Shown here: piece by piece, positions 19,045 to 28,245 of the stretch | Layout: every line of letters begins with the position of its first letter | Numbering within the stretch: position 1 is the stretch's first letter | From: a virus | Lineage: Duplodnaviria > Caudoviricetes | Virus record (IMG/VR): IMGVR_UViG_3300025120_014399 | Span: 1-56,920 of that record | DNA length: 56,920 bases | Strand: one strand, 5' to 3' | Translations under genes and position numbers: made by a program | Notes under the pieces: generated by a model | Database searches by the model: none | What the model was told of the DNA's origin: nothing | The model's input: the letters and a program-made list of their open reading frames with translations, nothing else

Positions 19045-19774
19045 AATAGATAGTGAAAAAGAGCTTTTGTCTTTTTTGAGAATACTTTCAGAAGAGTCAG
19101 TAAAAAAATCAAAAAATACGCTTAGTGAAAAATCATCAGATGAGCTTTCTTCATCCTTTGATAAAAGATTAGAAGATGAAAATGAATTATATGAGCAAGA
19201 GGATGATGCAGATCCTGAATTGGCTGCTGATACTGTTGAAGAAGAAGAAGTTGAAGAAGAAGAAGTTGAAGAAGAAGCTGCGGATGAAGCTGAGCCTGAA
19301 GTGCAGCAGAAACCTGATGAAGAATTACGAGCTAGCTTAGATTCTTTGGAAAGAAATATTAATTCACTTAGAGCAGGTAGGTCACTAAAGGATAGCACAG
19401 TTGAAAGCCAATTAGAAATTTATTTTGATAGACTGGGTGATGATGAAAAATCTTTAATGGTTCTTTTTATAAGAGAGCTTTCAAAAATTCTGTCCGGAAA
19501 AGTTACGGGTGACAATGCTGTTGATCCAAATCAAGAACCTTACAACCTAGATGTAGTTCAATCCGGTGAAGAAGAACCTGCTGAGGCGGAAGTTCCAGCT
19601 GAGTCTGAAAAAAACATTGACGATCTTGCTGACACTTACGCAGAAGAAGAAGAAGAAGTTGAAGAAGAAGAAGTTGAAGAAGACGAAGAAGATAATTCGC
19701 CGCCAATTCAGGTAGGGAAACAACAAAATTTAGCAGAAATAAGAAGAAAAATTCAAAAGCTTATGAGATCATGA
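19037..19774 (+). CDS. highly acidic hypothetical protein, scaffold-like
   Basis: ATG 19037 after GAGG; EEEEV repeats; INSLRAGRSLKD core; basic C-terminal LAEIRRKIQKLM. Confidence 0.65.
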   Translation: MFKIDSEKELLSFLRILSEESVKKSKNTLSEKSSDELSSSFDKRLEDENELYEQEDDADPELAADTVEEEEVEEEEVEEEAADEAEPEVQQKPDEELRASLDSLERNINSLRAGRSLKDSTVESQLEIYFDRLGDDEKSLMVLFIRELSKILSGKVTGDNAVDPNQEPYNLDVVQSGEEEPAEAEVPAESEKNIDDLADTYAEEEEEVEEEEVEEDEEDNSPPIQVGKQQNLAEIRRKIQKLMRS

Positions 19775-20703
19775 TGAGGATAAAGGAAGACGATATACGA
19801 AAAATAATTAGGCACGCAATCTTAAATGAGATTACCAGCCCTAGAATGGCAGATATCAGCTCTTTTAAATCAAAAGACTGTCCATACTATCGTGACATAC
19901 CTGCAAAGTTTGCAAAACTTATGGCGTCAGGAACTTTTGGAGAGATGGCAGACACACTTAGCAGAAAATTTCCAAAAATAGCTAGCGACTTGGGCATGAT
20001 TGGTCTAGGAAGTCAGGCAGGGGAGATCAGTACTGGTACATACCACCCGAGTGATATGGCGTCTATAGGTAAAAGCGATAATACAGCACAAATATTGTTT
20101 GGATATATCAATAGTTATGCATATGCTCAAGGCATGGGATGTTTAGAGTTTTATTATCTTGGGCTAGCTCTTGATTTTTTAGATACACTCTTCGGAGGAG
20201 CAGAAGGCAGAGGTAATAACAAGCCACCTGTTAATCCGAGAAATACAATTGTTGAATTTAGAAAAGGTATTGAAGAGAAATCTGTAGAATTAGCTCATGA
20301 CTCTGCTGGGTTCGTCAATAATTATGCATTCTATTCTTTACCTAGACTAGCAGGTAAGGGACCAGAATACAATGAAAGTGATTGTATTGATTTGCTAACT
20401 AAAGACTTGAAAGACTATCAATCAAGAATTGATACTATCAGAAACATAAGAGAGAATAGCATATCTGATGCTTATGAAAAAATTATAGACACATTAGATA
20501 TTGAATCAACTAAGGTTGCTAAAAGTATTGATTTGTCTGCAATAGACAGAGAAGATATTAATCTTTCTGAACAGCTTAAGAAAAATGCTATAGCAGATTT
20601 AATTATAGTGCTGTCTGATGCGAGACTCAATTACAATAATGTAATTAGTTCGAACAAAGATTTTAATATGATATTTAGAAATTTTATTACTTCAAATTCA
20701 TAA
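19771..20703 (+). CDS. tagged hypothetical protein
   Basis: MRIKEDDIRKIIRHAILNE. Confidence 0.65.
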   Translation: MMRIKEDDIRKIIRHAILNEITSPRMADISSFKSKDCPYYRDIPAKFAKLMASGTFGEMADTLSRKFPKIASDLGMIGLGSQAGEISTGTYHPSDMASIGKSDNTAQILFGYINSYAYAQGMGCLEFYYLGLALDFLDTLFGGAEGRGNNKPPVNPRNTIVEFRKGIEEKSVELAHDSAGFVNNYAFYSLPRLAGKGPEYNESDCIDLLTKDLKDYQSRIDTIRNIRENSISDAYEKIIDTLDIESTKVAKSIDLSAIDREDINLSEQLKKNAIADLIIVLSDARLNYNNVISSNKDFNMIFRNFITSNS

Positions 20704-20765
20704 AGTTTTACTTTGAACTTTGTTATAATATATTGCTATATAAATAGAATATATGAGGAAACGAA

Positions 20766-21116
20766 ATGACAAATAATAACTGGATTCCAGAGATAATGTA
20801 CGAAGAAACCGACGAAGGTTTAAGCTCACACATTCCGTTTATAATGGTTCCCGTCGATCAAGAAATGCCAAAGATGATTTTTGTTTTTGAAAGTAGAGAA
20901 ACAGGCGAACATGAACCAAATCAAGACGGCGATCCTGTACCTATTTTTGAAATGGATCTACACCAATACGCAGACATGCTCCAGCTAAAAAATAAGTTAG
21001 ATGAATCAACATACAATAAGGTTAGAGAGTGTCTAGGACTAGAGCCTTTAAGAGAAGCAGCTGAGAAAGGCTCTGCGATCACTGAATCGATTAGAAAAAA
21101 TTTAGATAATTCTTAA
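20766..21116 (+). CDS. hypothetical protein
   Basis: GAGG RBS; upstream TGTTATAAT extended -10 at 20721-20729. Confidence 0.65.
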   Translation: MTNNNWIPEIMYEETDEGLSSHIPFIMVPVDQEMPKMIFVFESRETGEHEPNQDGDPVPIFEMDLHQYADMLQLKNKLDESTYNKVRECLGLEPLREAAEKGSAITESIRKNLDNS

Positions 21117-21156
21117 TTTAAGTGATAGTTAGTTAAGTAATGGAGGAGTTATAACC

Positions 21157-21615
21157 ATGAAGATAAACGTAGACAGAATGGCTAGACTAGCCGGTTTAAG
21201 CAAAAATTCTAGTAGATCATCTAAATCTTTAAACGAAGGCATGAGTTACGATCACATGGAAGAAATGGATCATGAAAAGCCTATGGAAGAAATGTATGAA
21301 GAAGATCCTATGGAAGAAATGTATGAAGAAGAATCTGATTTCATGGAAGAGATAATTGAAGTTGATGAAGTTGAGTTGGTTCAAGAACTTCGAAGAGCTA
21401 AAAAAATAATGCTCGAGTCTAAAAAAAGAAAAACAAGTCAGAGTTTGCAAGAATTAAAACTTCAAAAAATAATTGAAGAGGAAGTTCAAAATATTTTTGG
21501 TGAAATGGATTTAAACTTAAATTCAGACTGGGTGTATGGATCAAACAAGCCAAAGCGATCAAAAAAAGGTTATTCACATCAAGGTAGCTTCTTAAAAGGC
21601 ATGGGTTTTAAATAA
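21157..21615 (+). CDS. hypothetical protein, prohead-core/scaffold-like
   Basis: RMARLAGL motif, SLNE, MEE repeats, LQELKLQKIIEEEV; GGAGGAG RBS; ATAGTTAG at 21125. Confidence 0.65.
   Translation: MKINVDRMARLAGLSKNSSRSSKSLNEGMSYDHMEEMDHEKPMEEMYEEDPMEEMYEEESDFMEEIIEVDEVELVQELRRAKKIMLESKKRKTSQSLQELKLQKIIEEEVQNIFGEMDLNLNSDWVYGSNKPKRSKKGYSHQGSFLKGMGFK
21280..21332 (+). repeat. in-frame 27-bp-period tandem duplication (PMEEMYEED/E)
   Basis: cctatggaagaaatgtatgaagaaga at 21280 and 21307. Confidence 0.85.
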
Positions 21616-21690
21616 ATCTAAAAAAAATAAGTCAAAAAAACTTATAAATTTGGCCACTTTCGTATTATAATTCTATCAGAACAGGAGTTT

Positions 21691-22119
21691 GTGATGGAAC
21701 AATATGAAGTTGGTCAAATTTTGTATATGACGAGTAGTAAGTCTTTTAAGATAATACCTATTCAAGTTGTTGAAGAAGTAGTCAGAACAACAATAGCGGG
21801 GAAAGAAAAGACTTACATGATCTGCTTTCCTGACAAAGGCAAAACTATATCTGACATTAAGAAAATAAAAACTGAAATATTTAAAACGGTAGACGCTGTA
21901 GAAGTTTATCTGATTGAAAATACAAAAAAAGCAATAAAACAATTAATTTCAGAAGCAGACATAATTAAAAATGATGCATTCGGTACTGTAAAGAAAATAG
22001 AGCAGCAGGTAGAAAAACCTGTGCAACAAAAAAATCTTGATGATATAATAAAGGTAGATTTAGGAAACGGCCAGGTCGGCAGAATTTCTAAAAAACAAAT
22101 ACCCATATCAGGAGAATAA
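21691..22119 (+). CDS. hypothetical protein with KOW-like N-terminus
   Basis: YEVGQILY...; AGGAG RBS. Confidence 0.6.
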   Translation: MMEQYEVGQILYMTSSKSFKIIPIQVVEEVVRTTIAGKEKTYMICFPDKGKTISDIKKIKTEIFKTVDAVEVYLIENTKKAIKQLISEADIIKNDAFGTVKKIEQQVEKPVQQKNLDDIIKVDLGNGQVGRISKKQIPISGE

Positions 22120-22121
22120 CT

Positions 22122-22919
22122 ATGAAAGTTTTATTTTTAGACGCGTATAATTTAATATATCGAGCTCGTTCCGGATTCACAAAAGGTGATTATGCAGTCA
22201 TATATAACTTTTTCAGAGGTGTAAGACCTTTAATAGAAAAGTTTAATCCTGACAAAGTCTACTTTGTGCTTGAAGGAAATCCTAAGTTTAGAGCTCAATT
22301 AAGTGAAGGAAACTATAAAGCAAATAGAAAATCAGCAGGAGATCTGTTTCACAGGCAAAAAGCATCAATTATAAATATGGTTTCTTCAATGATGCCTTTT
22401 TATGTTGTCAAACACCCAGAACTGGAATGTGATGATACAATTGCAACATTAGTATACAAGCATCATAGAGAAGGTGATGAATCAACAATCATTTCTTCAG
22501 ACTCAGACTTTATTCAGCTTCTTGGAAAGATGAATGTTAAACTATACAACCCAGTAAGAAAAGTCTTTATAGAGGCACCAGAATATGATTATGTTACCTG
22601 GAAAGCATTAAGGGGTGATGCAACAGACAACATACCCGGGATCCCTGGCTGTGGTGATAAAACAGCAACAAAACTTATGACGGGAAGACCCGAACTATTA
22701 AAAGAATATCTATCCCAAAAAGATAGAATGAAGATATTTGAAAGAAATGTTAATTTAATTAGGCTGGTTGATTTTTCAAATGACTTAAGCATGTTACAAT
22801 ATACACATGGTCATCTAGATGCAGAAATGCTTAGAGAGACTTTTTCTGATCTTGGTTTTGACTCAATGATAAAAGAAAAAACGTGGAACAAATACATTAA
22901 AACATTTGAAGGGTTATGA
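22122..22919 (+). CDS. 5'-3' exonuclease / flap endonuclease (T4 RNase H / Pol I N-terminal domain-like)
   Basis: LDAYNLIYR, YKANR, ECDDTIA, SSDSDFIQL, GDATDNIPGIPGCGDKTA. Confidence 0.92.
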   Translation: MKVLFLDAYNLIYRARSGFTKGDYAVIYNFFRGVRPLIEKFNPDKVYFVLEGNPKFRAQLSEGNYKANRKSAGDLFHRQKASIINMVSSMMPFYVVKHPELECDDTIATLVYKHHREGDESTIISSDSDFIQLLGKMNVKLYNPVRKVFIEAPEYDYVTWKALRGDATDNIPGIPGCGDKTATKLMTGRPELLKEYLSQKDRMKIFERNVNLIRLVDFSNDLSMLQYTHGHLDAEMLRETFSDLGFDSMIKEKTWNKYIKTFEGL

Positions 22920-23110
22920 TAGTGAGCAATTATTTAAACGAAGACATACAAAAATCGCTGAGAGCATCAGGATTAATTACAGAAAGCGAAGTAGTAACAC
23001 AGCAGGGTGATCTTTATATTGCAGTTGATGTAATAAGTAAAAAGCAGCGAATTATTAATATTGAAAAGTCTGGCCTAAATGAAAACACCCGACGTGTATT
23101 AAAAGGATAA
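22916..23110 (+). CDS. small hypothetical protein
   Basis: ATGA overlap; ends LNENTRRVLKG. Confidence 0.55.
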   Translation: MIVSNYLNEDIQKSLRASGLITESEVVTQQGDLYIAVDVISKKQRIINIEKSGLNENTRRVLKG

Positions 23111-23113
23111 GTT

Positions 23114-24718
23114 ATGCAAAAAAGACATGTTATTTTTGAAGAAGATCTAGCACAAAAGCTTAAACGAGGTGTGGATACTTTGGCAAATGCTGTTAAGACA
23201 ACAATGGGTCCAAAAGGAAAGCTAGTTCTAATTCAGCGTGATCATCATCATCCAACAATTACTAAAGATGGGGTAACAGTTGCTAGATCAATTGAACTTC
23301 CCGATGAATTAGAAAACATGGCGGTTAAGGTTTTAAAAGAAGCTGCGAGTAGAACAGCTGATGACGCCGGCGACGGTACAACCACTTCAACTGTTTTAGC
23401 GCAAGCTATATTTAATGAAGGTCTTAAAATGAAGTCTGCAGGATACCAGATCGACCTTTTAAAAGCCGGTATTGAAAAAGCTGTCAAAGTAGTTATTGAA
23501 GACTTAAGTAAGAATTGCAAAAAAGTTGTTAATGATGATGAGCTAAAACAGGTTGCATTAATATCAGCTAATGGTGAAGAAGAAATTACTAATTTAATTG
23601 TAGAAGCAATCAAAGCTTCTGGTGTCGACGGGTCTGTAATTGTTGAAGAAGCACGCGGTTTTGATTCATCACTTACAATTGTAGATGGATATAGACTAGA
23701 AAGAGGATATTTATCTCCTTATTTTGTATCAAATAAAGAAAAAATGACATGTGAATTCAATAATCCTTTGATTTTCATGGCTGATAGATCATTAAATTCG
23801 ATCAGAGATCTTATGCCTATATTAGAAATGTCTCTCGAGTCTTCTAAGCCTATTGTAATCGTGGCCAACGATATTGAAGGTGAAGCAATGCAAGGGTTGG
23901 TTTTGAATAAAACCAAAGGATCACTTCGTGTATGCGCTATGAAGTCACCTGGTTTTGGTGCATCTAGACATGATCTAATGTTAGATCTTCAAGCTGTTGT
24001 AGGTGGTACAATAGTTGATTCAACATCTGATTTTTCTAAGTTTACAATTGAAGACTTTGGCACAGCAAAAAAAATAATTGTGGGAAGAACTAGTTCTATG
24101 ATTATCGCAAATAGTAAGGATAACGAACAAATAAGCACTAGAATTAATTCAATTAAAGAAAGACAGCTAGAACCTAGTGTTGAAGAGAATGAAAGAGAAC
24201 TGTTAACATACAGACTACAACAACTTTCAGGCGGAATAGCGATACTAAGAGTAGGTGCAGCAACAGAGTCTGAGCTTATAGAAAGATACGATCGTGTTGA
24301 TGATGCTCTGCATGCAACTCGTGCTGCGCTTGAAGAAGGTATACTTCCTGGTGGCGGCATAGCACTAGTTCGTGCACAAAAAATATTATTAACAAAAATT
24401 AAAAAAGAAGAAAATGATGATATTAGGAGTGGAATGATGATTGTAGCTAGGTCTATTGTGGAACCGTTTAAGCAAATCATTAGAAATGGAAAAAACTCAC
24501 CAGACTCATTGCTAAAAGAAGTACAAGATAAGAAAAGTAATGTTGGATATGACACTAGAACAGAAAAGTTTGGAAACATGTTTAAAATAGGCATTCTAGA
24601 TCCATATAAAGTTGTACGTTGTGCCTTAGAAAACGCAGCCTCAGCTGCTGTAATGTTACTTAGCGTAGGGTGTTGTTTGATAGATGTTGAGAACGAAACT
24701 TCGCTAGAGGATAATTAG
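23114..24718 (+). CDS. groL: chaperonin GroEL (Cpn60)
   Basis: TMGPKG, ITKDGVTVA, AGDGTTT, RGYLSPYF, SPGFG, VDDALHATRAALEEGILPGGG, GILDP; no GGM tail. Confidence 0.95.
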   Translation: MQKRHVIFEEDLAQKLKRGVDTLANAVKTTMGPKGKLVLIQRDHHHPTITKDGVTVARSIELPDELENMAVKVLKEAASRTADDAGDGTTTSTVLAQAIFNEGLKMKSAGYQIDLLKAGIEKAVKVVIEDLSKNCKKVVNDDELKQVALISANGEEEITNLIVEAIKASGVDGSVIVEEARGFDSSLTIVDGYRLERGYLSPYFVSNKEKMTCEFNNPLIFMADRSLNSIRDLMPILEMSLESSKPIVIVANDIEGEAMQGLVLNKTKGSLRVCAMKSPGFGASRHDLMLDLQAVVGGTIVDSTSDFSKFTIEDFGTAKKIIVGRTSSMIIANSKDNEQISTRINSIKERQLEPSVEENERELLTYRLQQLSGGIAILRVGAATESELIERYDRVDDALHATRAALEEGILPGGGIALVRAQKILLTKIKKEENDDIRSGMMIVARSIVEPFKQIIRNGKNSPDSLLKEVQDKKSNVGYDTRTEKFGNMFKIGILDPYKVVRCALENAASAAVMLLSVGCCLIDVENETSLEDN

Positions 24719-24750
24719 TATTAGATTAATTGCTTAGCTCGAGTTGAAAC

Positions 24751-25110
24751 ATGAAAAATAAAAATACAGACTTGTTTGTAGAATCATTACATAAATTAAA
24801 AAATAAAATTTCTCGAACAGTTATTACTTTAAGATTAGAGAGGGATACACATGTTCCCGATCTTATGACAAGAATTCGAATCCTACCATCTGTTGCTGTT
24901 GTTGGTCAAAAAGAAAAGGTAGACAGATTTATTGACGGTGATGCTAGACTGTCTATTTCTGTTAAGTTTCTACCTAAATCTTCACAAGTATACACGTCAT
25001 TAAAAGAATTGTGCACAATGATAAAAAGACTGCCAGGCGTCATGTCAATATCTGTTGAGTCGTATGATAAAAGAAAGATTACTATGCGCGGTAAAAAATT
25101 AATTTTTTAA
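24751..25110 (+). CDS. hypothetical protein
   Basis: ORF preceded by ATAATTAG at 24711; two similar segments (IRILPSV / IKRLPGV). Confidence 0.6.
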   Translation: MKNKNTDLFVESLHKLKNKISRTVITLRLERDTHVPDLMTRIRILPSVAVVGQKEKVDRFIDGDARLSISVKFLPKSSQVYTSLKELCTMIKRLPGVMSISVESYDKRKITMRGKKLIF

Positions 25111-25197
25111 TGTAAAGTTAATCGTTTTATCTGTACTATTAAATTAACTTAAAATTTATTTAATTTGATTAAAAAATGCAATCATGTGAGGTGTTAT

Positions 25198-25377
25198 ATG
25201 CATGAACTTTCAAATGATGAGTTGGCAAAGCTTTCAAATGATGATCTTAGAAAACTATTTCTAGATATAAGATCAGTTATTAATAAGTCTAAGAGAAACA
25301 AAAAAGAATGTATTTCTATTGAAATATATTATTGTTACATAAGCAAGGAGGTAAATACCAGAAATTTTAAATTTTAA
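25198..25377 (+). CDS. small hypothetical protein
   Basis: ATG 25198 after GAGGTG; upstream TGTAAA-N17-TACTAT at 25111-25139. Confidence 0.55.
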   Translation: MHELSNDELAKLSNDDLRKLFLDIRSVINKSKRNKKECISIEIYYCYISKEVNTRNFKF

Positions 25378-25383
25378 AATGCG

Positions 25384-25411
25384 TGCAACGCCGCATAAAA
25401 CGTGTTATAAT
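25384..25411 (+). promoter_or_regulatory. promoter TGCAAC-N16-TATAAT (TGn extended -10) upstream of sigma gene
   Basis: TGCAAC 25384-25389, TATAAT 25406-25411. Confidence 0.55.
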
Positions 25412-25462
25412 AACATTACAAACTAAACATTAAAAACTAACAATACATATAGGGGGTTAACT

Positions 25463-26197
25463 TTGTATAACTCAAACTTAGACAGCTATTTTAAATCAGC
25501 TGCAAAAATTGACTTGCTCACAAGATCAGAAGAGGTTGAACTAGCTAAGAAGATCGAAGCCGGCGACATGCGCGCTCGAGAAAAAATGATCAGCGCAAAC
25601 TTAAGATTAGCAATATCTATTGCAAATAAATATGCAAAATATGGTAACGTAAGCTACGAAGACCTAATCCAGGAAAGCAATATTGGATTAATCAAAGCAG
25701 TAGAAAAATTTGATTGGCGACGAGGTTTTAAGTTCAGCACATATGCATGTTGGTGGATTAAGCAAGCTGTTACTCGTTATTTAACAGCAAACAATTCTAT
25801 TTTAAAAATACCCTCCCATACAGTTGCAAATAGTAGAAAAGTGTGGAATGTAATGAAAGAATATGAAGAAGAGTTTGGTCAGGAAGCTACAATTGAAGAA
25901 CTATCTGATATCATGGGTATTAGTGTTGATCAAGTAAAACAGGCACAAACTGCCGGGAAAGCAAGATATGTCACATCAATTGATAAGCCTATAGGCGATG
26001 AGTCAGGAAGCAGAACGTTGGCAGATATAATTCCTGACAATGCTAGAACTGTAGAAGAAGTATTTGACGGCAAGATTATAAAAGGTGTAATCGTAGAGGC
26101 GCTATCATCGCTTTCCAAAAGAGAAGAAATGGTCTTGCGTCTAAGATTTGGAATAACTGACGTTGCTGAAGAAGATCAAAATATAGTAGAAGTTTAA
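25463..26197 (+). CDS. RpoD/RpoS-like sigma-70 factor with regions 1.2, 2, 3 and 4.1, lacking the region 4.2 HTH
   Basis: [78 protein letters not shown] then stop. Confidence 0.93.
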   Translation: MYNSNLDSYFKSAAKIDLLTRSEEVELAKKIEAGDMRAREKMISANLRLAISIANKYAKYGNVSYEDLIQESNIGLIKAVEKFDWRRGFKFSTYACWWIKQAVTRYLTANNSILKIPSHTVANSRKVWNVMKEYEEEFGQEATIEELSDIMGISVDQVKQAQTAGKARYVTSIDKPIGDESGSRTLADIIPDNARTVEEVFDGKIIKGVIVEALSSLSKREEMVLRLRFGITDVAEEDQNIVEV

Positions 26198-26235
26198 AAT
26201 TATAATTTAACATATTAAAAATTAGGAGAATAATT

Positions 26236-26526
26236 ATGGCAATGCCAAAAGGGTTTAAATCAAAGAACGGTTACGGAACTACAAAGTCACTAGGCGGTAA
26301 ATCTTATCATGAGATAGCAGATCATATGGTAGGCAGCGGATTTAAAATGAATCATTCAACTGCAAGAAATGTTTTTGTCAATTCTTTAATAAAAATAGCA
26401 GAACAAGTAACATCAGTTTATGACATGAGTTTAGATAAAAAACAAATCAAAGATATCGCAATTAATCCAGAATTTCAAGAAGCGATCGCTGACTTTATGA
26501 AAGATAAAAGGTACCTTAATGAATAA
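26236..26526 (+). CDS. HTH protein resembling a stand-alone sigma region 4.2
   Basis: SYHEIADHM...MNHSTARNVFVNSLIKI; own AGGAG RBS. Confidence 0.6.
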   Translation: MAMPKGFKSKNGYGTTKSLGGKSYHEIADHMVGSGFKMNHSTARNVFVNSLIKIAEQVTSVYDMSLDKKQIKDIAINPEFQEAIADFMKDKRYLNE

Positions 26527-26788
26527 CAATCACTTACAAAGTATTTTAAACGTAAGATATCAAACAGAGCTTTTAGAATCATTAGACTGGGACGAGCAAA
26601 AAAGATCCCAGCTTTTTGAATATTTAGAAACAGAATTTAATAATTTTAACCTTAAGCGACCAGGTGAACTATTAAATTCTGTTGAACTTCACTTTGGAGA
26701 ATCAACAGCGATGATAATTAAAAAAATATTTGCAGAACAATTTAATGTGATCATACAAAACAATAGTGGAGAAAATAATGAGCATTAG
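26519..26788 (+). CDS. hypothetical protein
   Basis: Overlapping operon ORF. Confidence 0.55.
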   Translation: MNNNHLQSILNVRYQTELLESLDWDEQKRSQLFEYLETEFNNFNLKRPGELLNSVELHFGESTAMIIKKIFAEQFNVIIQNNSGENNEH

Positions 26789-27068
26789 ACTAACTTATTA
26801 TTTAGGCAAAAATAAAACTCACTTAAAAACATTCTGCGAAAGAATGAATCTTAAATCATACGATGAACTTTATTCTTTCTGTAATATAAAAAATATTAAA
26901 TGTGATGTAACAGAAGAAGAATATATAGCTTTGTTTCCTAAAGAAAAGAAAAAGAAAAAGAAAAATGAAGAAAAAATTATTGAAAAGCCAAAAGCTAAAA
27001 CCCGGGGACGTGGTAGAAAATCGAAACCTAAAACAGCCGGGAATTCTGATTCAAAAAACAATTCATGA
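26778..27068 (+). CDS. hypothetical protein with basic C-terminal tail
   Basis: ATG 26778 after GGAG; K-rich tail with RGRGRK. Confidence 0.55.
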   Translation: MSIRLTYYLGKNKTHLKTFCERMNLKSYDELYSFCNIKNIKCDVTEEEYIALFPKEKKKKKKNEEKIIEKPKAKTRGRGRKSKPKTAGNSDSKNNS

Positions 27069-27150
27069 AGATTATTATAAAGTAATTTGCAATGGTAAGA
27101 TGACAGAATGGCACATAAGTAATATATATCTATTATTAGATAAAAATTAA
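26965..27150 (+). CDS. small KOW/SH3-like protein
   Basis: LKPGDVV...PGILI...YKVICNG; overlaps upstream ORF by about 100 bp. Confidence 0.5.
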   Translation: MKKKLLKSQKLKPGDVVENRNLKQPGILIQKTIHEDYYKVICNGKMTEWHISNIYLLLDKN

Positions 27151-27163
27151 ATAGGAGACACAT

Positions 27164-27586
27164 ATGTCATTTAATCATCCCAAACCAGGTCCGAATCTAG
27201 TCGGTGCTTATCAAATGAGTGGAATTCCTTTTGTTACAGGTTCAACGGGCGCAGCTGAAACTATTACTAGAAAAGAATTTCCTTTTCCTTTCGTCACTAG
27301 ATTTATTACGCTTTCTAATTCAAATAACGATGCGGCCGAAGAATTACGTATATCATTTTCCGCTGAAGGCGGAATTGGTGGCCCTGGTGCAGTTGAAAAA
27401 TATGAGTTTCTTTGTCCCGTAAATAATGCTGTGACACTAGATGTAAGGTGTAAAACTATATTTGTTACAACATCAGCAGCTATGGAATGGTCACTTTGCG
27501 CTGGGTTGACACCAATTGCTGCAGTTGATTTTCCTGTTCTTACAGGCAGTAAAGGCTTTGCCGGTGTCGGTGGCGCTGCCTTATAA
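27164..27586 (+). CDS. putative virion structural protein
   Basis: VGAYQMSGIPFVTGS, FPFVTRFI; beta-rich small-residue composition; AGGAG RBS. Confidence 0.55.
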   Translation: MSFNHPKPGPNLVGAYQMSGIPFVTGSTGAAETITRKEFPFPFVTRFITLSNSNNDAAEELRISFSAEGGIGGPGAVEKYEFLCPVNNAVTLDVRCKTIFVTTSAAMEWSLCAGLTPIAAVDFPVLTGSKGFAGVGGAAL

Positions 27587-27604
27587 TCATTGTAATCTAA
27601 AACT

Positions 27605-27844
27605 ATGCCTAAATACAAATACAATGTTGGTGACGTTGTTAGACTTAATAACGAAGACATAGGATTAATAGTTGGTTTAACAAATGCATGTGAGTATATG
27701 GCAATTGAATCTAATTTAAAAGAAGAATTACTATCGACATTCATGAAAATTGCCATATACAAAGCTGTAATAAATAGTACAATTTCTTATATTGATGAAT
27801 CAAATATAAAGGAATTAGTATTATGTATCAAAGAAAAATTGTAG
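27605..27844 (+). CDS. small KOW-like protein
   Basis: YNVGDVVRL...IGLIV. Confidence 0.55.
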   Translation: MPKYKYNVGDVVRLNNEDIGLIVGLTNACEYMAIESNLKEELLSTFMKIAIYKAVINSTISYIDESNIKELVLCIKEKL

Positions 27845-28245
27845 CTGTTTCAGGTGGATTTGATCCCATACACGTAGGTCACATTAGAATGATACAAGAA
27901 GCAGCCGAACTTGGCAACGTTGTTGTCATAGCTAATTCAGATGATTGGCTGCTTAGAAAGAAAGGGTACGTCTTTATGAAGTATGAAGAACGTCAAGAAA
28001 TCCTTAAATCAATTAAAGGCGTCGTTAATGTTTTTAAAGCAAGTGATGAAGACAATACAGTATGCAGATCTTTAAAGATTATAAAGCCAGATATATTTGC
28101 AAACGGCGGCGATAGAAAAGAAGGTAACGTTCCTGAATACAAAGTTTGCGAAAATCTAGGCATAGAATTAAGATTTGGAATTGGTGGCGATGATAAACCT
28201 CAGTCATCATCATGGCTAGTAGAAAAAGCAAGAGAGTCTAAATGA
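27823..28245 (+). CDS. cytidylyltransferase/adenylyltransferase (TagD / RfaE-domain II / RibL-like)
   Basis: SGGFDPIHVGH, NSDDWL.RKKG, FANGGDR, QSSSW. Confidence 0.85.
   Translation: MYQRKIVAVSGGFDPIHVGHIRMIQEAAELGNVVVIANSDDWLLRKKGYVFMKYEERQEILKSIKGVVNVFKASDEDNTVCRSLKIIKPDIFANGGDRKEGNVPEYKVCENLGIELRFGIGGDDKPQSSSWLVEKARESK

Noticed and set aside
22916-23110. Small ORF before groL as a GroES
   Set aside because: Only 64 aa, with no PLxDRV or mobile-loop GGI motif.
23248-24594. Long minus-strand ORFs opposite groL (and similar ones at 1099, 18973, 27211, 43982, 50613)
   Set aside because: Antisense shadows of strongly supported plus-strand genes, with no motifs or RBS.
26150-26240. Sigma gene as a frameshifted pseudogene
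   Set aside because: The downstream part has its own RBS, start codon and about 20 extra N-terminal residues, and the upstream part is highly conserved. It looks like an evolved split, pending read-level confirmation.
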